Shown here piece after piece: positions 58,276 to 64,000 of a stretch of DNA of 64,000 bases (its first letter is position 1; each line of letters opens with the position of its first letter). The notes below the pieces were generated by a model. It saw nothing but the letters and a program-made list of their open reading frames with translations. It made no database searches and was not told the origin of the DNA. The stretch is taken from contig CAVWPA010000001.1 in the NCBI GenBank assembly GCA_963756875.1, forward strand, positions 128,001 through 192,000. The letters run 5' to 3'. The DNA comes from an uncultured Verrucomicrobiae bacterium (GTDB taxonomy: Bacteria > Verrucomicrobiota > Verrucomicrobiia > Chthoniobacterales > UBA10450). Both the position numbers and the translations under genes were made by a program.

Positions 58276-59241
58276 TCATCTTGCACAATCAACCGGGTCT
58301 ACCGCGGCTGAGATCGGCGGCGCAGCTTGTGGTTTCAACTGTTGAGCTGTTATCACGAGCGCGACGGAGCCGACAATCAAACCTGCGGCAAACAGAGTGC
58401 GTAAAGACAGAGTTTCGTGTGCAAACAACGTTCCGAGAAAAACGGCCACGATCGGATTGACGTAAGCATAGGTTGCCACCTTCGAGGGATGGCAGTTGCG
58501 CAGAAGAAAAATGTAAGCTGGAAATCCAACCAGCGCGCCAATCGCAACCAGATAAATAAAGGCGCCCGATGAAAGCCAGGTGATGCGGTGGAAATCGAAC
58601 CCGCGGTATTCACCCAGCGTCACGCCGAAGAGAAAGAGCAATGCACCGCCACACAGCATTTGCTGACCGGCTGCGAGAAACGGCGACCGCGAGTTCTGCG
58701 CCGTGCGCGAATATAACGAGCCTGCCGACCAAAAAAGCGAGCCGACAAGCAGAATCGACATGCCCAAGGCAAGATGATCAGGCGAAGAGCGCGCGAACGA
58801 ACCGGCGAATGCGGGTCCAACCAGCACGGCCACGCCGGCAAACCCGCCGATCAGCCCGAGCCAGACAATCCGGGTCGGTGGCGCCGTCGTTCCGGTGATC
58901 CAGCCGAGCAATGTGATGTAAATTGGAACGGTTGCGACGAGCAGGGCGGCGAGTCCCGAAGGCACCCATTGCTCGGAAATGCACACCCCTCCGTTTCCGC
59001 CAAGCAACAAACATGCGCCGACGATGAGTGCGCTTCGCCAGGTTCGACGTTCAGGCTTCGGAGCGCCTTGGATACGGGCGATGGCGTACATGATTACGCC
59101 GGCCAGAAAATATCGTGTGCCCGCCATTAAAAGCGGCGGAATCGAACGAATAGCAAAGAGGATCCCAAGGTAGGTCGAACCCCAAATGAGGTAGAGAGCG
59201 GCAAATGCGAGAACGATCCAAATTCGTTTTGGTGCTGCCAC
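58276..59241 (-). CDS. EamA/DMT-family transporter (YedA-like)
   Basis: LYLIWGSTYL, VPSGLAALLVA, TYAYVNPIVAV. Confidence 0.92.
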   Translation of the reverse strand: MAAPKRIWIVLAFAALYLIWGSTYLGILFAIRSIPPLLMAGTRYFLAGVIMYAIARIQGAPKPERRTWRSALIVGACLLLGGNGGVCISEQWVPSGLAALLVATVPIYITLLGWITGTTAPPTRIVWLGLIGGFAGVAVLVGPAFAGSFARSSPDHLALGMSILLVGSLFWSAGSLYSRTAQNSRSPFLAAGQQMLCGGALLFLFGVTLGEYRGFDFHRITWLSSGAFIYLVAIGALVGFPAYIFLLRNCHPSKVATYAYVNPIVAVFLGTLFAHETLSLRTLFAAGLIVGSVALVITAQQLKPQAAPPISAAVDPVDCAR

Positions 59242-59356
59242 AATGAAAGCACGAACGTAGCAGGAGTTTATCTTTCACCAAAAAGCGAATCGCCATGGCA
59301 GCGAACTGCGGTCCGGCCGACGGCAGAATAGGGAGGTTGGAAACAGCTCCTCTATT

Positions 59357-59614
59357 TCAGGAACGGCGGAAGATCAATCGATAGAGCAGGAGCAGGATCA
59401 TCGCTCCGACCACCGACATGATCCAGCCGGCAATATAATTGTCGCCCACAAAGAGGCGTCCAATCCATGTGCCAACAAATGCGCCCGCAATGCCCAGCAA
59501 CATCGTAACGATGCAGCCGCCGGGATCTTTTCCCGGCATCAACAGCTTAGCGATCGCTCCAATAACGAGACCGATGAGCAAAATCCAGATGATAGAATGA
59601 GCGGCAAAATCCAT
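59357..59614 (-). CDS. GlsB/YeaQ/YmgE-family membrane protein
   Basis: IGL.IG.IAK.LMPG.DPGG...T.LLGI.GA.VG. Confidence 0.9.
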   Translation of the reverse strand: MDFAAHSIIWILLIGLVIGAIAKLLMPGKDPGGCIVTMLLGIAGAFVGTWIGRLFVGDNYIAGWIMSVVGAMILLLLYRLIFRRS

Positions 59615-59723
59615 AGATGGGCGATTTTGAAGAGAGAATCAGAGCAGGTCAATCATGCAGTGTTGCGGCATGGTGTGCCCGGGGGATTACCACTCCGGGG
59701 AATCGGCAGGATGCCGATGCCAC

Positions 59724-61316
59724 TTACAATTCAATCACCTGTGCGGAGCGGATGTCGTCGCTGGCGCGAATTTCAGCAAGCAACAATTCGGTCGGCGCGG
59801 TATCGAGATTCAAAACAGTGAGCGCAGTCCCGCCCTCCTGGTTTCGGCTCAGGGACATGGTTGCGATATTCACGCCATGATTTCCGAGCAATGTGCCGAT
59901 TCGGCCGACAATTCCTGGGCGGTCCGTGTTTTCCAGAACGAGCACGACGCCATGCGGACGCGCTTCCACGGGGCGGTTGTTCACGCTTACGATCCGTGGT
60001 GTGGCGCCAAAAAATGCGCCGCCTACTGAAACGGTTTTCCCCTCGGCGGTGGCGGCGAGCTCCAGCAAATCCGTATAATCGCCGGGCGCGCTGAGTCGCG
60101 TCTCGGTCACTTTCAGTCCCAGGCTCTCTGCAAAAGCGGGAGCATTTACTTCGTTGACGTCCGCGCCGCCGGCGGATTGCAGAAAGCCTTTCAGGATCGC
60201 GCGCGTAATTGCCGTCGTGTCCACTTCGTTGACTTTGCCACTGTAATTAATGTTCAACTGCTCGACACGGCGCGGCGCAACCTGCGACAAAAATCTTCCG
60301 AGCTTTTCGCCGAAGCGCAGATGGGGACCGATGACCGACAACGTTCGGGCGTCAAGATTCGGCATGTTCACCGCGTTGCGGATTGTGCCTTCGAGCAGAG
60401 CGGCGCGAATTGATTGTGCGATCTCAATTCCGACACTCTCCTGCGCTTCCGCCGTAGATGCGCCCAGATGCGGAGTCAGAATCAGATTCGGTGCGGCACG
60501 AAGCGGCGAATCATCGGGCAAAGGTTCGATTTCAAAAACATCCAGCGCGGCAGCCGCGACATGCCCGTCCCGAAGCGCGCCAGCCAGCGCAGTCTCGTCG
60601 ATCAATCCACCGCGAGCGCAATTGATGATGCGCACACCGCGCCTGGTTTTTTGCAATCGCGGCGCATCGAGAATATGTCGCGTCTCATTTGTAAGCGGCG
60701 TGTGCAACGAGATGAAATCGGCGCCGGCAAGAAGATCGTCCAGTTCTTCCACCAGCTCCACCTGCAGGCTTCGCGCGCGCGCGGCGGCCAGATACGGGTC
60801 GTAAGCCATCACCCGCATTCCAAACGCAATGGCGCGCCGGCTCAATTCACTGCCAATGCGGCCCATTCCGATCACCCCGAGCGTCTTGTTATAAAGCTCG
60901 ACGCCTTCAAAACTTTTCCTGCTCCAGTTCTTGCCGCGCACGCTGGCGTCGGCTTGCGGGATCTTGCGCGCGACGCAGAGCAAGAGAGAAAACGCATGCT
61001 CGGCGGTGGAAATCGTGTTGCCGCCGGGTGCATTTAACACAATCACGCCTCGACGGGTGGCCGTTTCCACATCGACGTTGTCCACCCCCACACCGGCGCG
61101 CCCGATCACACGCAACTGTGTGCCGGCGTTTAGAACGTCCGCCGTGACTTTCGTTTCGCTGCGCACAACCAGCGCGCTGAATTGCGGAATCACTTCGACG
61201 AGCTTTGCCGCGCCGAGTTTGGTTTGCACCGACACATCCAGCGCGCCGTCACGTGAAAGTTCTTCGACTCCGCGTTGCGAGATTGCATCGGCGACCAGAA
61301 CTTTAGGCGGAGTCAT
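59724..61316 (-). CDS. serA: D-3-phosphoglycerate dehydrogenase
   Basis: VRSETKV, GRAGVGVDNVD, GMGRIG, NCARGG, TPHLGAST, C-terminal ACT domain (DRPGIVG). Confidence 0.97.
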   Translation of the reverse strand: MTPPKVLVADAISQRGVEELSRDGALDVSVQTKLGAAKLVEVIPQFSALVVRSETKVTADVLNAGTQLRVIGRAGVGVDNVDVETATRRGVIVLNAPGGNTISTAEHAFSLLLCVARKIPQADASVRGKNWSRKSFEGVELYNKTLGVIGMGRIGSELSRRAIAFGMRVMAYDPYLAAARARSLQVELVEELDDLLAGADFISLHTPLTNETRHILDAPRLQKTRRGVRIINCARGGLIDETALAGALRDGHVAAAALDVFEIEPLPDDSPLRAAPNLILTPHLGASTAEAQESVGIEIAQSIRAALLEGTIRNAVNMPNLDARTLSVIGPHLRFGEKLGRFLSQVAPRRVEQLNINYSGKVNEVDTTAITRAILKGFLQSAGGADVNEVNAPAFAESLGLKVTETRLSAPGDYTDLLELAATAEGKTVSVGGAFFGATPRIVSVNNRPVEARPHGVVLVLENTDRPGIVGRIGTLLGNHGVNIATMSLSRNQEGGTALTVLNLDTAPTELLLAEIRASDDIRSAQVIEL

Positions 61317-61400
61317 AGCGGCAAGCGAGAGTTAACGTCTAACGCGCAACGCCCAACGTCCCAACGCCGAATGCAGAAATGTTTTGAACCCAGATGGGTT

Positions 61401-63328
61401 CTATCCGAAAATAATCAGCCGAATCGATTCGGGCAGTTGCTGGGCGACATTGGTGGCGACGCTGCCCCGAAGTAATTTGGTCATCGCGCTGCGTTGCGAT
61501 GCGCCGATGATGAGGTAGTCGACGCCCATGGTCGCGGCGAGATCGAGAATCAGTGGAGGCAGCGTCTTCGCTGACAGCATAGAGCGGCAGACACGCACGA
61601 TCGCGCTCCTCACCCAGCTTGAGCATCAATGTTCATGATGGCAGTTGGCTTCGGGGTTCGTCCTGCCAGCTGGTACGTCGGGTAATGGTCGGCCCCCCTC
61701 CGTAGAAAACAGCAATTTCCTTCACGTAAAGCACACACAGAGTGGCCTTGCGTAGTTGCGCCTCCTCCAGCGCGAAGCCGAGCACTGGCGTGATCCCCCG
61801 GGCGGCTACCATGATCTTTTGGCCTTCCTGGAGCTGCGGTTGAATGGGGCGTTCCTTCAGATCCGGCGAAACCATCTCCGCCACCGACTGCTGTACGGTG
61901 AGCGTTGTCAGCCCCGCGCTTTTGTGCGAAGGCAGCGCAAGCCAAGTCCGACTGACGAAAACACAGATCACGAAGAAGAGTGCATCGGGCTTGGTTTGGC
62001 AATGGTGAGTTCGACCGCCGCGAGAACCACAAACGTAATGCCGAACAGAACCCGATCCCACGACCGCAGACCGAGATCTGATTAAATGTGCACGAACCGA
62101 CGATTAACCGTGATCGCTCCAACAACACCAATGGCATAAAGCCCGGCCAGAGCATCGAAATTGCTTTGTGCTCACGAGAACAGACGATGGGAAGGCCGAC
62201 AGCGATGAGCAGCGGAACCATGGGCACGCCATGACGATTCAGCCGCAGGAACTGCGTGGCATCTCGCCGTCGCTGCGTCATCATATAAGTCAGTCCGATC
62301 AGTGCGACTATCGCTGTATTGAACGCGCTAAGCAGAAGAAGCGAAGACAATAGCACCGACAAACCAACCGAAAACGATGTCCAAATCCAGGCGAAATTGT
62401 CACCGCGTCTCGAATTGCTTCGCCGACAAAGCGCAGCATGTCTTCTTTGCGCTGCGCAGCACAGTGGAAATCTCGCCCATGCTGGTCAGATGAAGCGTTT
62501 TTTTGAAAGCTTGGCAGGGAGAGCATCGCCCAGCCGAGCAGTGCCGTGCCGGCAACCACTTCGACTGCGACAGGCACAATGGCTTTGATCGACTGTTTGC
62601 TAACCTCGGGGCTCCGGAGTCGAGCCGGGATCGAGCTTCATGACACCGGTGAGATTGGCGATCGATTCCACCCCGTGAGAGGGCAAGGATAACTCCCACG
62701 AATGGCACCCATACGCGGCCGACAGTCTCGATGGCGCGGCTCGAGAAACGGCGTGTGTAAGATGCGGCACGCTAACGCCGATGAAAACCAGCGACGACAG
62801 ACCACCGTTGGCAAAGCCAGAGCGATTGCCAGACTGCCGCTGTGTTTCGGCCCGAAATAGTTGATGACCCCCAAAACCAGGAGGACCATGTCGATGGTCA
62901 GAGCAATGTGGTCGCGAAGGAGCTTGATCCACGCGACGTGTTCGGCTCCCGAAGTGATGTAGCCAATGCCGACCAGCCGCTCAGCGCGGCCGTAACGGTT
63001 AAAGTCCGCGACCAGCAGCAGCGCTCCGACCACGGCGAGAAGGCGGCCTTGCGATGCGCGCTGCAGAGTAGACTCCGCCGCCATCAGGGAAATGGCGGCA
63101 AAAACGACATAATTAATTCCAACAAGATGGCGGTTAAGCCACAGACTGCCAGAATGATTGGAAAAGAGGAAAAGCCCGCAGCCACAAAGCCAGGCCGATG
63201 ACGTAAGCCTTGCTTGTGCCCCAGTCACCGTAGAGCAGCGCCGCGGCGCGTTTCCAATCGACGTTTCGCGGCCGATGTACGCGTGCAGGAATAGATTTCG
63301 GCCATTGCTATTCGATGTGAATCTCCAT
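61401..63328 (-). pseudogene. APC-family amino acid permease with a C-terminal USP-like domain; many frameshifts (likely low-quality sequence)
   Basis: Fragments across frames: VDWKRAAALLYGDWGTSKAYVIG, NYFGPKHSG, HGVESIANLTGVMKLD, LLLSAFNTA, RLNRHGVP, KLLRGSVATNVA. Confidence 0.75.
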
Positions 63329-63359
63329 TGTTGCCTCGCTCGCTCGCAGATTTCTGCAA

Positions 63360-64000
63360 CTAATTAGCAATGGCGGTAACGCGCAAGTGCGCTACGACTT
63401 CAATCTCGGCGGTTTGGGGAAACATGTCGAGAGGTGTGACCGATTCGATCGCAAACCGGCCGCGCAAGTCGGCCAGGTCGCGCGCCAGTGTGGAAGGGTT
63501 GCAAGAAACGTAGATCAATGTTGCCGGCGCAAGTTCCGCGATGATTCGCCGGCCACTGGCGGTTAAGCCCGTCGCCGGCGGATCGACGATCATTACAAGG
63601 GACCGGCGATCTTCAGAATGGCATCGGCTCCCAGTCGGCGCTTTTGATGAGATTGGCCCCGCCGAGACGGGGTCAATGCCACTCTGGTCGGCGGCTGGGA
63701 AGCCGCTCCTTGATGCTTTGCCTAGCTCTTCATCCACGTCGCCGGCAATGTACGTTTCCTTCGGCGTCGCAGTCTCCTGCGCAAGGGCGATTGCAAACTT
63801 GTCCCAATCGATCCCGATTACGTGTTGAAATCTTGCGAGCAATGCCCTGGCAAAAAACCCCGCGCCACAGTAGGCGTCGATCAGCAGCGCCTGGCCCTGA
63901 TCCGCCGGAATGAGTCGCGTAACCAGATCGCGGAGGGCCATCGCCAGCGCGTCGTTGGTTTGCGAAAAGACGCGCGGTCCGGATTGCGCGCGCAACGTGT
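63360..64000 (-). CDS. RlmD/TrmA-family RNA uracil-5-methyltransferase, C-terminal part (truncated by window end)
   Basis: FSQTN, DAYCGAG, IVDPP, IYVSCNPSTLARD, DMFPQT.EIE. Confidence 0.9.
   Translation of the reverse strand, partial: TLRAQSGPRVFSQTNDALAMALRDLVTRLIPADQGQALLIDAYCGAGFFARALLARFQHVIGIDWDKFAIALAQETATPKETYIAGDVDEELGKASRSGFPAADQSGIDPVSAGPISSKAPTGSRCHSEDRRSLVMIVDPPATGLTASGRRIIAELAPATLIYVSCNPSTLARDLADLRGRFAIESVTPLDMFPQTAEIEVVAHLRVTAIAN

Noticed and set aside
61401..63328. Several separate small genes
   Set aside because: The fragments join into one APC permease-USP protein broken by many indels.

Overview
GC-rich bacterial chromosomal window. The gene content and the intergenic palindromic and heptamer repeats suggest Verrucomicrobiota (Chthoniobacterales-like); this is an inference. 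From left to right: dapF-dapA-dapB-folK-panB-OmpA; a type IV pilus/T2SS-like block (two PilB/GspE ATPases, PilC, frameshifted pseudopilin); glmS, glgC, lpxD; and a signalling cluster in which a FabF-fold enzyme lacking both catalytic histidines overlaps a multi-TM sensor kinase, with three further two-component genes and sigma54-like promoters. Next come an orphan small-LanB/PEARL-like enzyme coupled to parA and an accessory region of about 11 kb at tRNA-Ala(CGC). That region has no integrase, a duplicated tRNA promoter plus 5' half cut at the anticodon loop, and recurring att-like motifs between cargo genes (NERD, XRE + ImmA/IrrE + DUF3892 + DUF2235, a deoxyribosyltransferase-like gene, two collagen-like genes with the same N-terminus and different heads). 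The right part holds GT2, a sugar ABC transporter + GH31, an 1812-aa secreted protein ending in 17 xx[AS]AGGGN repeats divergent from an ECF sigma/Ser-Thr kinase pair, VIT1, EamA, serA, a badly frameshifted APC-USP permease and a partial RlmD-like gene. The best candidates for undescribed systems are the non-canonical ketosynthase/sensor-kinase module, the integrase-less tRNA-Ala cassette array and the orphan PEARL. All family calls come from motif recognition by eye; no searches were run.
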